Source: Nannocystis bainbridge (GTDB lineage Bacteria > Myxococcota_A > Polyangia > Nannocystales > Nannocystaceae). From it: a DNA stretch of 64,000 nt. Position 1 is the first letter of the stretch. Each line of letters begins with the position of its first letter. The stretch spans positions 1,600,001 to 1,664,000 of the forward strand of contig NZ_JAQNDL010000001.1 in NCBI RefSeq assembly GCF_028368995.1. The letters are read 5' to 3'. The translations under genes and the position numbers were made by a program. Of this stretch, positions 11,042-22,300 are shown piece after piece. The notes beneath the pieces are model-generated. The model was not told the origin of the DNA and did not search any database. It saw nothing but the letters and a program-made list of their open reading frames with translations.

Positions 11042-12781
11042 ATGCCCCGTCCTCACGCCTCTGCCCTCTCGCTCATCGTCCTCGGGCTCGCGCAGGCCGC
11101 CTGCGGCGACTCGGCCGGCAATACTGCCGGCGCGACCACCACCGGACTGACGAGCGCGACCGCGCCGACCGGCACCGACGCCACCACCACCACCACCACC
11201 GGCGTCCCGACCACCAGCGTCGGCAGCGAGAGCGCCACCGGCTCGACCTCGACCGCCAGCACCACCGACGAGGTCTCGGCCAGCGGCAGCAGCACCGGCT
11301 TCAAGTTCGACACCCCGCAGGGCGGCGACATCGGCGACATCGAGACCGACGGCCCCGCGTCGACCTGCCACGTCGTCGACGACATGGACGCGATCGGCGA
11401 TTGCAACAAGGAGGCCCCGCCTGACAGCTTCGAGCCCGAGGTCCAGTGGTCGTGGGGCAATCAGGGCACCGGCGGCAGCTCGACCACCCCGCTGGTCGCC
11501 AACCTCACCGACGACAACGGCGACGGCGCGATCGACCTGTGCGACATCCCGGACATCGTCGTCGTCACCGGCGGCCCGATCGGCGGCAAGATCCACGTCC
11601 TCGACGGCGCCACCGGCGTCGAGCACTTCGCCATCCCCACCCCCGTCGACGGCTTCGTGACCCCGGCGATCGGCGACATCGACAACGACGGCCTGCCCGA
11701 GATCGTCGCTGCCACCCCTGGCGGCACCTTCCTCGGCCCCAGCGCGCTGCTGGCGTTCGAGCACGACGGCGCGCTCAAGTGGACCTCCGCCGACAAGTTC
11801 AACCACGACCAGGGCGGCGCCGTCGCTCTCGGCGACCTCGACAACGACGGCGACGTCGAGATCGTGTGCGACGACCTCGTCGTCGACCACGAGGGCAAGA
11901 CCCTGTTCATCGCCCCCGAGCAGGCGCTGTGGGACATCGTGTTTCACTGCACCGCCACCACCCTCGCCGACCTCGACGGCGACCTCGACCTCGAGATCGT
12001 CCTCGGTCAGGCCGCGTATCACCACGACGGCACCGTCTACTACAACGACGTCACGCTCAAGCCCGGCTTCCCCGCGGTCGCCAACCTCGACCCCGACCCG
12101 ATGCCGGAGATCCTCCTCACCAACAACAATGGCATCACCGTGCTCGAGCACGACGGCAAGGTGAAGTTCAAGGACATCAAGCCGACCGGCGACAACGGCC
12201 CCGGCGCGTGGTTCCGGCCCTCGACGATCCACGACTTCGACGGCGACAAGCAGAGCGAGTTCGCCACCAGCTCCGCCGCCCGCTATTCGATGTTCGAGCC
12301 CGGCGGCAAGGTCGCGTGGTCGGCCAACGTCCAGGACAGCAGCGGCTGGGCCGCCGGCACCGCCTTCGATTTCCTCGGCGACGGCGTCGCCGAGGCCATG
12401 TACGCCGACGAGGTCAAGCTGTTCGTGTTCGACGGCGCCGGCGTGCCGCTGCTGGCGGTCCCGCGCAGCTCCAAGACCCTGATCGAGTACCCCGTGGTCG
12501 CCGACGTCGACAACGACGGCTCGGCCGAGATCGTCGTCGTCTCCAGCGCCGGCTACGACGACCTCCAGACCGCCCCCACCGTCCAGGTCATCCGCGACAA
12601 GCAGGACCGGTGGATCCAGGCGCGACGGATCTGGAATCAGCACACTTATCACGTGACCAACGTCCGCGAGGATTCGACCATCCCGCAGTACGAGCCGCGC
12701 TCGTGGGAGCTGCTCAACACCTTCCGCACCAACGCGCAGATCGAAGGCGGCGCCCTCTGCAAGCCCGAGCCGCCGATGTGA
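11042..12781 (+). CDS. FG-GAP/VCBS-repeat lipoprotein
   Basis: LAQAAC lipobox; Thr-rich linker; repeats GDIDNDGLPEIV, GDLDNDGDVEIV, ADLDGDLDLEIV, ADVDNDGSAEIV. Confidence 0.9.
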   Translation: MPRPHASALSLIVLGLAQAACGDSAGNTAGATTTGLTSATAPTGTDATTTTTTGVPTTSVGSESATGSTSTASTTDEVSASGSSTGFKFDTPQGGDIGDIETDGPASTCHVVDDMDAIGDCNKEAPPDSFEPEVQWSWGNQGTGGSSTTPLVANLTDDNGDGAIDLCDIPDIVVVTGGPIGGKIHVLDGATGVEHFAIPTPVDGFVTPAIGDIDNDGLPEIVAATPGGTFLGPSALLAFEHDGALKWTSADKFNHDQGGAVALGDLDNDGDVEIVCDDLVVDHEGKTLFIAPEQALWDIVFHCTATTLADLDGDLDLEIVLGQAAYHHDGTVYYNDVTLKPGFPAVANLDPDPMPEILLTNNNGITVLEHDGKVKFKDIKPTGDNGPGAWFRPSTIHDFDGDKQSEFATSSAARYSMFEPGGKVAWSANVQDSSGWAAGTAFDFLGDGVAEAMYADEVKLFVFDGAGVPLLAVPRSSKTLIEYPVVADVDNDGSAEIVVVSSAGYDDLQTAPTVQVIRDKQDRWIQARRIWNQHTYHVTNVREDSTIPQYEPRSWELLNTFRTNAQIEGGALCKPEPPM

Positions 12782-12846
12782 CGCCCCGCGCGGCGGGCCG
12801 CTGCCTTCTTTACGGCGGCCCGCCGCTTCGCATCCGGAATCGAAGC

Positions 12847-13530
12847 ATGCGCGTCCCCACCACGATCGGCTGCGCCCTCCCGCTCCTGCTCGCCCTCGCC
12901 TGCGGCCCCGCGCCGGCGCCCGGGGACACCGACGCCGAACCCACGAGCACCACCACCTCGAGCACCACCGGCACCACGACGGGCACCACGCTCGCGCCGA
13001 CCACGAGCGAGGGCGACACCACCACCGGCGAGGCCTGTCTGGAAGCCACGCGTCCAGGCGAGCTGTGGTCCGACCAGGAGCCGGCGTTGACCTGCGGCGG
13101 CCCTGAGCTGTGCCCTGGCGGCGACCCGATCTACTTCGAGCTCGACGGCCCGATCTTCGACGGCGACTTCTCGGCCCCGACCTCCGCCGTGACCGACCTC
13201 GAGCGCGCCCGCTGCCTCGCCGTCGCCCTGCGCGATCGCACCCCCGGCCAGTTCATGTTCATGCCGGGCCACTCGCCGCAGGTCTTGCACGTCTTCGGCC
13301 TCGAGATCGTCGGCGAGTTCGCCGTGACGCGCAGCGATCGCTCGGGCTGCGAGCTGAGTCACCCCGAGCCCAAATCGTGCCACGTGCGCGAGCGACTGCG
13401 GCAGCTCCGCCCGCCGGCGTTCTTCGCCGACTGCGTCGACGGTGACGCCCTCGCGCTGTGGCAATGCCTGTACCACGCCGCCGAGCCCGAGCCGGCCTGC
13501 GCCGCCGGCCCGCTCGTATGTCCGCCGTAG
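12847..13530 (+). CDS. Cys-rich lipoprotein (paralog of 54367-55116)
   Basis: LLLALAC lipobox; Thr linker; CGGPELCP...RCLAVALRDRTPG...LRPPAFFADC. Confidence 0.8.
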   Translation: MRVPTTIGCALPLLLALACGPAPAPGDTDAEPTSTTTSSTTGTTTGTTLAPTTSEGDTTTGEACLEATRPGELWSDQEPALTCGGPELCPGGDPIYFELDGPIFDGDFSAPTSAVTDLERARCLAVALRDRTPGQFMFMPGHSPQVLHVFGLEIVGEFAVTRSDRSGCELSHPEPKSCHVRERLRQLRPPAFFADCVDGDALALWQCLYHAAEPEPACAAGPLVCPP

Positions 13531-13598
13531 CCGTATAACGCTCGAAGCCCGCTGCCAGCATTCGCGCCGACCGCCACGAATCTCCGGAGTAACCGCCC

Positions 13599-14363
13599 TT
13601 GACCGAGTCCAGTGATTCACCCCGCACCGTCCTTATCACCGGCGCCGGTCGCGGCATCGGGGCTGCCACCGCGCGGCTCGCCGCTCGCGCTGGCTATCGC
13701 GTGTGCATCAACTACGCCGCCGACGACGCCAGCGCCCAGCAGGTCGTCGCCGACTGTCGCGCCTGCGGCGTCGATGCGATCGCCGTCAAGGCCGACGTCG
13801 CCGCGCCCGCCGATGTCGAGCGCCTCTTCCTCACCTGCGAGCGCGACCTCGGCAGGGTCACCCACCTCGTCAACAACGCCGGCATCATCGGCGCCCCCGC
13901 GCGGGTCGAGGACATCGCCGCCGCCACCGTTCACGCCGTGCTCGCCGTCAACGTCGCCGGCGCCATCTTCTGCGCCCAGCAGGCCATCCGGCGCATGTCG
14001 AACGAACGCGGCGGGCGCGGCGGCGTCATCGTCAACGTCTCCTCGATCGCCGCCGTCACCGGCAGCCCCGGCGAGTACGTGCATTACGCTGCATCCAAGG
14101 CCGCGCTCGAGACCTTCACGGTCGGCCTCGCCCGCGAGGTCGGCCCGCTCGGGATCCGCGTCAACGCCGTCCAGCCCGGCACCACCGCCACCGAGATCCA
14201 CGCCCGCTCCGGCAACCCCGACCGCCCGGCGATGGTCGCCCGGATCGCCCCCTTGCGCCGCGTCGCGGACGCCGACGAGGTCGCCGAGGCGATCCTGTGG
14301 CTGCTCTCCGACCGCGCGGCCTACGTCTCCGGCGCCGTCCTCAAGGTCACCGGCGGTTTGTGA
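13599..14363 (+). CDS. Short-chain dehydrogenase/reductase (SDR)
   Basis: TGAGRGIG, NNAG, NVSS, YAASK. Confidence 0.95.
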   Translation: MTESSDSPRTVLITGAGRGIGAATARLAARAGYRVCINYAADDASAQQVVADCRACGVDAIAVKADVAAPADVERLFLTCERDLGRVTHLVNNAGIIGAPARVEDIAAATVHAVLAVNVAGAIFCAQQAIRRMSNERGGRGGVIVNVSSIAAVTGSPGEYVHYAASKAALETFTVGLAREVGPLGIRVNAVQPGTTATEIHARSGNPDRPAMVARIAPLRRVADADEVAEAILWLLSDRAAYVSGAVLKVTGGL

Positions 14364-14373
14364 GCTGATGAAT

Positions 14374-14397
14374 GGGCATGTCTTTTAAGACATGTCT
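14374..14397. repeat. 14-bp-phased CATG pair just after the SDR stop
   Basis: gggcatgtct-ttta-agacatgtct; cores at 14377, 14391. Confidence 0.85.
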
Positions 14398-14524
14398 ATG
14401 CGCACAGCCCGGAGTCTGGGCCCAGGAGGTTGTGACGGTGGGAGCGGGCGGAGTACAGTCGAGGCCGATGCGAGCGGATTTTCGCTACAGGTCCTCGGAG
14501 CCGCGGAGGAATCGGACGAAGTCG

Positions 14525-15583
14525 GTGCGTGGCTTGTGCGCAGCACTGGCGGGGCTGTGCCTGGGCGCGTGCGTGGCGGAGGGGTCGCGGGAGGGCAAGC
14601 GCGTCGATTTCGTGTATGAGACCCACGAATACGAGTTGTGTGCTGGCACCGCCACGCACCTCGATGGTTACATCGAGCGGGTGTTCGGGTTCCTGGGCGC
14701 GGCGCCGGGCGACTTCCTGGTCCCGGTCGATGTCGTCGCTACGGTGACGTGCGGGGAGCGGGAGGACGCGACCGGGTGCTACGATCCGAACGACGAGCGG
14801 GTGATCGTGAGCCTCGCCGAGCACTTTCGCTTTCGACCGACAGCGGTGCTCCGTCACGAGGTCACGCACGCGGTCGTCCACCGGGTCTGGGGGAAGAGCA
14901 TCCCCTTCTTCCAGGAGGGGCTCGCCGAATCGCTGTCGCGCACGGAGGCGGTGAACACGGAGTGGACGCCCGAGCCCGGTCCGATTCTGGACATGCTCGA
15001 CAAGCCGGCCGAGGAGGTCGACTACGAGGCCGCGGCGTTGTTCACGCGCTACCTGATCGATCGCGTGGGGGTCGCGTCGTTTCGCGCGATCTACCAGGGG
15101 GTCCGTGACGGGACACGGGGCGAGATCGTGGCGCAGATCGAAGCTGGCACGGGGGAGGCTTTCGCCACGCTCGAGGCGGACTTCCTGTCCGGCGCCCCGC
15201 GTTGTACCTTCGCAATCGATCTCTGCGATTCGCAGGGCGCAGTGACGGTGGCGGCGGGCGACTCGTGGTCGACGGAGTTCACCGCGTCGTGCCTCGCCCC
15301 GGAGTTCTACGGCAGCCAATCGAGCGAGGCGATGTTCACGGCCACGCAGATGCGCGTGGAACTGCAGGGGACAGGCCGCTATCGCGTGCATCTGGTGGAC
15401 GATGCCGAGTTCGATCCCTCGGTCGAGCTGACGCGCTGCGGTGATTGTGAGGAGCAGTTCGTGCGCCGGATCTGGGACGGCGTGGAGCTCGAGCTCGAAG
15501 CCGGCCTGTACGCGGTGGAGGTCACCGTCAAGCCGTTCGCGCACCACGTCGAGTTCGGGCTCGAGTACCTGGGCTCCGGGTGA
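14525..15583 (+). CDS. Lipoprotein with HExxH (zincin-like) motif, paralog of 9758-10882
   Basis: LCLGAC lipobox; GCY...LRHEVTHAV...FFQEGLAE. Start uncertain (GTG 14525 or ATG 14468). Confidence 0.75.
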   Translation: MRGLCAALAGLCLGACVAEGSREGKRVDFVYETHEYELCAGTATHLDGYIERVFGFLGAAPGDFLVPVDVVATVTCGEREDATGCYDPNDERVIVSLAEHFRFRPTAVLRHEVTHAVVHRVWGKSIPFFQEGLAESLSRTEAVNTEWTPEPGPILDMLDKPAEEVDYEAAALFTRYLIDRVGVASFRAIYQGVRDGTRGEIVAQIEAGTGEAFATLEADFLSGAPRCTFAIDLCDSQGAVTVAAGDSWSTEFTASCLAPEFYGSQSSEAMFTATQMRVELQGTGRYRVHLVDDAEFDPSVELTRCGDCEEQFVRRIWDGVELELEAGLYAVEVTVKPFAHHVEFGLEYLGSG

Positions 15584-15783
15584 ACGGCGGGGGCGCTCGG
15601 CCCGGCGAGGGTCGCCCGGGTCGCCCGCTTGCGCCGCGTCGCGGAAGCTCGATGGGCCCGCCGAGCGGTCCCTATCCCGCCGATGGGCGACGCGTCGCAA
15701 CTGTGCAATTCATGCTCGCAGCGTTGCGAGCCGCCGCGGGCACCGCCATGGGCAGGATGCCGGGGCAGAGAGAGATCGGCGAC

Positions 15784-16371
15784 ATGACGGACACCAGCAC
15801 CCCCCTGCCGCGCTTCGGACTCGACCACGAGCATTACGCCGCCCTCGTCATCGGGCGCCCCGCCACCGTCGAGGGCTCGTTTGACGGCCTCGCGGCCATC
15901 CACGCGCGCTTCGCCACGCTGTCCGCCGAGCTCGGTCTCCCCGTCGCGTTCATCGCCGGAGCGCGCGTCGAGGAGGACGAGGACCACGAGGTCGAGGGCG
16001 TGGTCGGCCTCGTGCTGGCGGTCGCGCGCTTCGGCGACCGCCCGGCGACGCCGGAGGGGGCCCTGCTGCAGCGCCACGCCGTCGCCGACGTGCCCGACGC
16101 GGTGTGGACCGCGGCCCGCGAGCTCGGGCTGACGCTCGGCGAGGATACCGGCCTCTTCCTCGCCGCCGGCGGCTGGTCGGTCGCCACGCTGCACGCGGGC
16201 GAGCCCGACGACATGGGCTGGGACGCGAGCTCGGGCCGCGACTGGCCAGGCGAGATCGTCGGCAAGAAGCTGGCGTCGGCCAGCGCCGACGGCACGCCCT
16301 ACCGCCTGCTCACCGCGGAGGTCATCGCGGCCGCGGCAGCCTCGCCGTGCCTGTCGGCGAGCTACGCGTAA
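15784..16371 (+). CDS. Hypothetical protein
   Basis: Coding-like composition and GC3 bias from MTDTSTPLP. Confidence 0.6.
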   Translation: MTDTSTPLPRFGLDHEHYAALVIGRPATVEGSFDGLAAIHARFATLSAELGLPVAFIAGARVEEDEDHEVEGVVGLVLAVARFGDRPATPEGALLQRHAVADVPDAVWTAARELGLTLGEDTGLFLAAGGWSVATLHAGEPDDMGWDASSGRDWPGEIVGKKLASASADGTPYRLLTAEVIAAAAASPCLSASYA

Positions 16372-16507
16372 ACGCGACCCAGGCGCACGGCGCCGGGACG
16401 TTGGATGCGCCCGGCGGCGTGCTCGCCGGGCCACCGGATGGTGTCGAGAGCCCACGCCAAGAGCGCGACCCGCAACAACACCTCGCCAATCACGCGAGGC
16501 GGCGCAC

Positions 16508-17869
16508 TCAGCCGCGAGAGTTCCGCGCCTTGTGAGTGTAGACGAGGCTGTGTCGCGCGAGACGAGGCTCGCGCGCCGCGCGAACGGGTTCGCTGACCAT
16601 CTGCGCCAAGCTCTTCAGCGCCAGGCTCTCCTGCGCGAGCGCCGGCGACGGACCGATCGCAAGCTGGACGAAATCAGTATAGAGCGGCGGAAGGTTGCCG
16701 ATCGTCCGGGTGAGCTCCAGCAAGCTGCCGGCCTGGGGGCCTCGCGCATATTGCAGGTTGGTCGGGAAGACCTGCGGAATCGGGCCCTCCATGGTCGATC
16801 CGTAAGCCCCGAGCGTCATGAGCCCCGGTGCCGTATTCGGATCCGGCGCGTGCAGGAACAGGAACGTCCCGTACTTCGGCACGGTCAGGTGCGCCGATGC
16901 CACGCCACGGGTCGCCTCCGCGTTCATCAACTCCCAGCGGGTCTGCGCATACGCCTGCGTGACCTCCATGAACGGGGTCCGGACGGGAGCGAACCTCTCG
17001 CGGCCGGGCAAACACAGGATCAGATTCCCGAATGGATCGAGGAAGCCGACGGCGTTGCCGTCTCCCTCCTCGCCCGCGGCCGCCACCGCCTTGAGCTCCT
17101 CGAGGATGTCTTGGCCGGGGATGCGGGCATCCTGGGTCTTCAGCATGAAGGCCCTGGGATAGACCTTGCGAAACGCCTGCTTGACGGGCGAGTCCTCGGG
17201 GAGCCCGGACGGATCTTTCAGCTTGTCGGGAGTCAGGCCGGACTCCTCGCTGCTGATCCTGCGGACCATGTTGCTGCTGTCGGCGAAGATGGCGCCGCAC
17301 CCCATCAGGTTCGCCGACGATACGGTGCCCGTCCGAAATGCGACGTGTTCACCGCCCTGGTAGGACCGCACGTAGAGCTCGGGATCCCCCTTGTGTCCGC
17401 AGGCGTAATAGCCGAACTTGTGCTTCGCGGTCCCCTGGAGGCTCGGCGGTAGGCTGTGAAACTCGAACTTCTCGTCGTAGTTGACGCCGGCATAGTCGTC
17501 GACGGCGATGACGCCAATGTTGAACCCCGCGGTGAGGAGCGCGCCGGCGCACATCACACATGGGTCGAGCGAGGTCACGACCGTCAGCTCGGATGGTGGC
17601 GGCAGTTGCAGCGCCTCGCGGTGCTCGTAGTACCAATAGACGAGCTGACGCTCCCCGTGCGCGGTCGGGTCCCAGGTGAACACCTCGCCCGAAGACAGCG
17701 GGCGCAGCACGTTATTGTGCATCCTGTGGACGAGCGCGCCGGTCTTGTTGTCCACGATGAGCCCGCCGACGGCGAACGTGCCCTGACTCGCCGCGTGCAT
17801 CGCCCGGTCGAGCACGAGAGAAGCCGCCCGGTCGGCGTCGGAAATGATGATCGAATCCTCTGGTCCCAC
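16508..17869 (-). CDS. Zn-dependent nucleoside/nucleotide deaminase with long C-terminal extension
   Basis: FAVGGLIVD, DPTAHGE, SLDPCVMCAG; GTG at 17869 preceded by GGAGGT. Confidence 0.85.
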   Translation of the reverse strand: MGPEDSIIISDADRAASLVLDRAMHAASQGTFAVGGLIVDNKTGALVHRMHNNVLRPLSSGEVFTWDPTAHGERQLVYWYYEHREALQLPPPSELTVVTSLDPCVMCAGALLTAGFNIGVIAVDDYAGVNYDEKFEFHSLPPSLQGTAKHKFGYYACGHKGDPELYVRSYQGGEHVAFRTGTVSSANLMGCGAIFADSSNMVRRISSEESGLTPDKLKDPSGLPEDSPVKQAFRKVYPRAFMLKTQDARIPGQDILEELKAVAAAGEEGDGNAVGFLDPFGNLILCLPGRERFAPVRTPFMEVTQAYAQTRWELMNAEATRGVASAHLTVPKYGTFLFLHAPDPNTAPGLMTLGAYGSTMEGPIPQVFPTNLQYARGPQAGSLLELTRTIGNLPPLYTDFVQLAIGPSPALAQESLALKSLAQMVSEPVRAAREPRLARHSLVYTHKARNSRG

Positions 17870-18359
17870 TGTACACCTCCACCGACCTAAACATCGGCCA
17901 GACATTCAACGCTGGTTCCCTCGCTCGTGTCAACCGAGGGCGAGCGACGCCTCGGGACGCCGTCTGGCGCTACACACAATCGGCAGAGAGAGCACGCGGA
18001 CAAATTCAGGACGGCGTTTCGAGAAGAACAGGCCTCAGCACAGGCCGACGCCCTCCATTTCACGAACGAGGCGCGACGATACATCGCCATTCGTATGGAA
18101 CATGGTCCCGCGGCCGCGAGACGTGGATCCGCGGCACCCGAGAGCTCGAGTCGCGGCCTGCGTCGGCAAATTTCGCGACGCGCATTCGCGCCGTACGCTG
18201 CCGGTCGCTCGCGTACGAGGACCGCGAATGCGTGCGAAGGCGGGCGCAAGAATTCGCTCGGACATCACGCGGAGCGTGCGATCGCGCGCGAACGCAACGT
18301 CGCCTCCATTTCCGCCCGTAGGGTTTCGCCGCCCGCCGACACTGCAGCGGTGGAGCCCC

Positions 18360-19253
18360 ATGCGCCTGACCATCCGCGACCTCTCGAAGACCTACCCCAA
18401 CGGCGTGCGCGCCCTGCGGGGCGTCGATTTGACGATCGACGCCGGCATGTTCGGTTTGCTCGGCCCCAACGGCGCCGGAAAGTCGACCCTCATGCGCACG
18501 ATCGCCACCTTGCAGGAGCCTGATCGCGGCGCCATCGACCTCGGCGGCCTCGACGTGCTGCGGAACAAGCCGGCCGTGCGTGAGCGCCTCGGCTACCTCC
18601 CGCAGGAGTTCGGCCTCTACCCCAACCTCAGCGCGGAGCACGTCCTCGATCACTTCGCCGTCCTCAAGGGCATCACCGACGCCCGCGAGCGGCGGGCCCA
18701 GCTCGAATTCCTGTTCGAGCAGACCAACCTCGGCGCCGCGCGCAAGCTGGCCGTCGGCGGCTTCTCCGGCGGCATGAAGCAGCGCCTCGGCATCGCCATC
18801 GCGCTCCTGGGTGCGCCGCGGCTCATCATCGTCGACGAGCCGACCGCTGGCCTCGACCCGACCGAGCGGCACCGCTTCCTCAACCTCCTGAGCGACATCG
18901 GCCACGACGTCATCGTCATCCTCGGCACCCACATCGTCGAGGACGTGGCCGAGCTGTGCCCCAAGTTCGCCATCCTCGCCGGCGGCGAGATCGTCTACAC
19001 CGGCGCGCCCGAGGCCGGCGTCGCCGAGCTGCGCGGACGGCTGTGGCGGCGCGTCGTCGCCAAGGCCGAGCTGCCCGAGCTCGCCGCGCGGCTGCACGTC
19101 ATCTCCACCCGGCTCGTCACCGGGCGCCCCGTCGTCCACGTCCACCACTTCGAGGCCCCGGGCCCGGGCTTCGAGCCGGTCGCCCCCGATCTCGAGGACG
19201 TGTACTTCTATCATATCACCCGCGCCACCCGCCTGGCCGCGCGCGCCGCCTGA
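18360..19253 (+). CDS. ABC transporter ATP-binding protein
   Basis: GPNGAGKST, FSGGMKQR, IIVDEPTAGLD, H-loop. Confidence 0.95.
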   Translation: MRLTIRDLSKTYPNGVRALRGVDLTIDAGMFGLLGPNGAGKSTLMRTIATLQEPDRGAIDLGGLDVLRNKPAVRERLGYLPQEFGLYPNLSAEHVLDHFAVLKGITDARERRAQLEFLFEQTNLGAARKLAVGGFSGGMKQRLGIAIALLGAPRLIIVDEPTAGLDPTERHRFLNLLSDIGHDVIVILGTHIVEDVAELCPKFAILAGGEIVYTGAPEAGVAELRGRLWRRVVAKAELPELAARLHVISTRLVTGRPVVHVHHFEAPGPGFEPVAPDLEDVYFYHITRATRLAARAA

Positions 19254-19308
19254 CGATCGTGCGCGCCGGGGGTGTAGGGTCTGTCGCGGCCGCGACACTG
19301 CAAGCGGC

Positions 19309-22300
19309 ATGAGTCCGTTCTCGACGTTCGCGGGCATCGAGATCCGCTACCACCTGCGCCGGCCGGTCAACTACATCTTCATGGTCCTGATGCTGCTCGG
19401 GGGCTGGCTCTACACCGCCACCCCGTTCGCGTGGGCGGGGCCGTTCGGCGGGGCGGTCGACAACGACGCCCCACACAAGCTGAACACCATCGTCATGTTC
19501 ATGACGCTGTTCGGCGCGATCTTCACCCCCGCGATCGCCGGCACCGCGCTGCTGCGCGACTTCGAGTTTCGCAGCCACGAGCTGCTCTTCACCACCCGCC
19601 TGCGCAAGTTCGATTTCGTGCTCGGCCGCTTCCTCGGCGCGTGTCTGTTCACCGCCCTGGTCACCGGCTGCTCCGCGCTCGGCCTGTGGCTCGGCGCGCA
19701 CATGCCATGGGTCGACCCGGCCCGCCTCGGCCCCGGCGGCGCCCTCGCCTACGTGTGGCCGGTGCTCGTCTACGTGGTGCCCAACGCCTTTGTCACCTGC
19801 GCCGTCTTCATCGCCGTCGGCGTGCTGACCCGCAGCTTCCTCGCCGTCTACGTCGCCGGCATCGTCATGTTCGTCGGCCGCCAGATCGGCCTGAGCGTCA
19901 TGGACGGGGCCTTCCATGCCGGCCCGCAGATCGAGCGCATCATCGCCCTGATCGATCCGTTCGGCCTCGCGGCCAGCGGGCTCGTCACTCGCCACTGGAC
20001 GATCGACGAGCAGAACACGCGGCTCATCGCCGTTGTCGACGCCCTGCTGTGGAACCGCCTGCTGTGGCTCGCCCTCGGCGGCCTCTTGCTGCTCGTCGCC
20101 TATCGCTGGTTCCGCATGGAGGCGTCCCCAGGCGTGCGCCGTCGCGCCCGCTCGATCGTCGATCTGCCCGTCGTCGACCCGCACCGCCCCCCGCGGCCGC
20201 GACCGCCGGTCCGCCCGCGCTCGGGCCCCGCCGCCACCTGGGCCGCCTTCGTCGCCATGACGCGCCTCTACTTCCGCGACGTCACGCGGGCGCGCCCGTT
20301 TCAGGCGGTCGTCGCCGTGCTGCTGCTGTTCATGCTGCACGCCGTCGACCTCAACTTCCAGATGATGATCACGCTGCCCGTGACCCACACGATGGTGCTC
20401 ATCGTCCAGGAGTTCGGCCTGTTCTTCTCGATCCTGCTCGCGGTCTACGCCGGCCAGTTGATCTGGCGCGAGCGCGACCTGCACTGCGACCAGCTCCTCG
20501 ACGCCACGCCGGTCGCCTCGGTCGCGGTGATCGCCGCCAAGATCGCCGCCCTCCTGCTCGTCCAGATCGTGCTCCTGGGCCTGCTGCTCGGCTGCGGCGT
20601 GATCTTCCAGGCGCTGTCCGGGTACATGCATTTCGAGCTCCCGGTCTATTTCGGCCACCTCTTCGGCCTCGACGTCCCCAGGCACACGCTCACGATCCTG
20701 CTCGCGGTCGCCCTCCAGCTGCTGGTCCCGCACAAGGGCCTCGGCGTCGCCCTGCTGGTCGCCTATTACGTGCTGTTCCCCCTGCTCAAGGACATCGGGC
20801 TCGAGCACCGCCTGCTGCGCTACGCCGACCTGCCGCAGATCCTCTATTCGGACATGAACGGGTTCGGCCCCAACGTGTGGTCCTTCGCGGTCCTGTGGGC
20901 TTATTACTTCGCGTTCGCCATGCTCCTGCTGGCATTCGGGCGCCTGCTGCTCGTCCGCGGCACCCCGGGCGGCCTGCGCGCCCGCCTGCGCATCGCCAGG
21001 GGGCGGGCCACCGGGGCGTGGTGGCGATTCGTCGGCCTCGCCGCCGCCGCCTGGCTCGGCCTCGGGGCCTACGCCGCCCACAACTTCCACGTGCGCAACA
21101 CCTACGTGACCGAGCGCGGCGTCGAGGCGCTGCAGGCCGTGTACGAGCGCGCGTACAAACAATACGAGGGGCTGTTGCAGCCGCAGCTGGCCGCGGTCGA
21201 GCTCCGGATCGACCTGTCCCCCGAGACAGCCTCGGCGCGGGTCCGCGGCACTTACCGGATCGTCAATACGCACGAGGTCGCGGTGCCCGACGTCCACCTG
21301 CACCTCCCCGAAGAGGTGACGATCCACGCACTCTCGTTCGCCGGCGGCGCCACGCTCGTGCACGAGGATCCGCGGATCCGCCACCAGATCTGGCAGCTCG
21401 CGGCGCCGCTCGCCCCGGGCGCCGAGACGACCCTGCGCTTCGAGCTCGGCGTCGAGCGGACCGGCTTCGCCCACCGCGATCGTGACACCGAGATCCACGC
21501 CAACGGCGCGCTCCAGAGCGAGTCGCAGCTGCTGCCGTGGATCGGCTACGACCGCGACGGCGAGGTCGCGGACCGCGACGCGCGCCGGCGCCTCGGCCTG
21601 CCCGAGCGCGCCCGCATGCTGGCGGTCGACGACCCGCTGGCCAAGGGTGGCCTTGTCGTCCGCCACACCCACGCGCGCATCGATTTCTCGACCACCGTCT
21701 GCACCGCGCCCGACCAGATCGCCGTGGCCCCCGGCGCGCTCGTCCGCGAATGGCAGCAAGACGGCCGGCGCTGCTTCGCCTATGTCGTCGACAACCCGAT
21801 CCTCAACTCCTGGGTGGTGCAGTCGGCCCGCTACGAGGTGGCTCGCGAGCGCCACGCCGGCATCGACCTCGAGATCTACTATCACGCCGATCACCCCTAC
21901 AACATCGCGCGCATGATGACGGCGATGAAGCGGTCGCTCGATTATTATCAGGCCCAATTCACCCCGTACCAGGCGCGTCAGCTCCGCATCCTCGAGTTCC
22001 CGCGGCGGCACCAGGACTTCGCCATGGCCATGCCGGGCACCATCCCGTTCTCCGAGGGCATCGGCTTCATCCTCAAGTTCGACCCCGACGACGCGACCAC
22101 CTACGATCGCCCGTTCTGGATCACCGCCCACGAGGTCGCCCACCAGTGGTGGGGCCACCAGGTGTCGGCGCGCTTCGTCCAGGGCGGGACGATGGTGATC
22201 GAGTCGCTGTCCGAGTACTTTGCGATCCTGGTGATGGAGCAGGAGTACGGGATCGAAGGCGTGGCGCCGATGCTGCGCGAGAAGCTCGAGATCTACCTGC

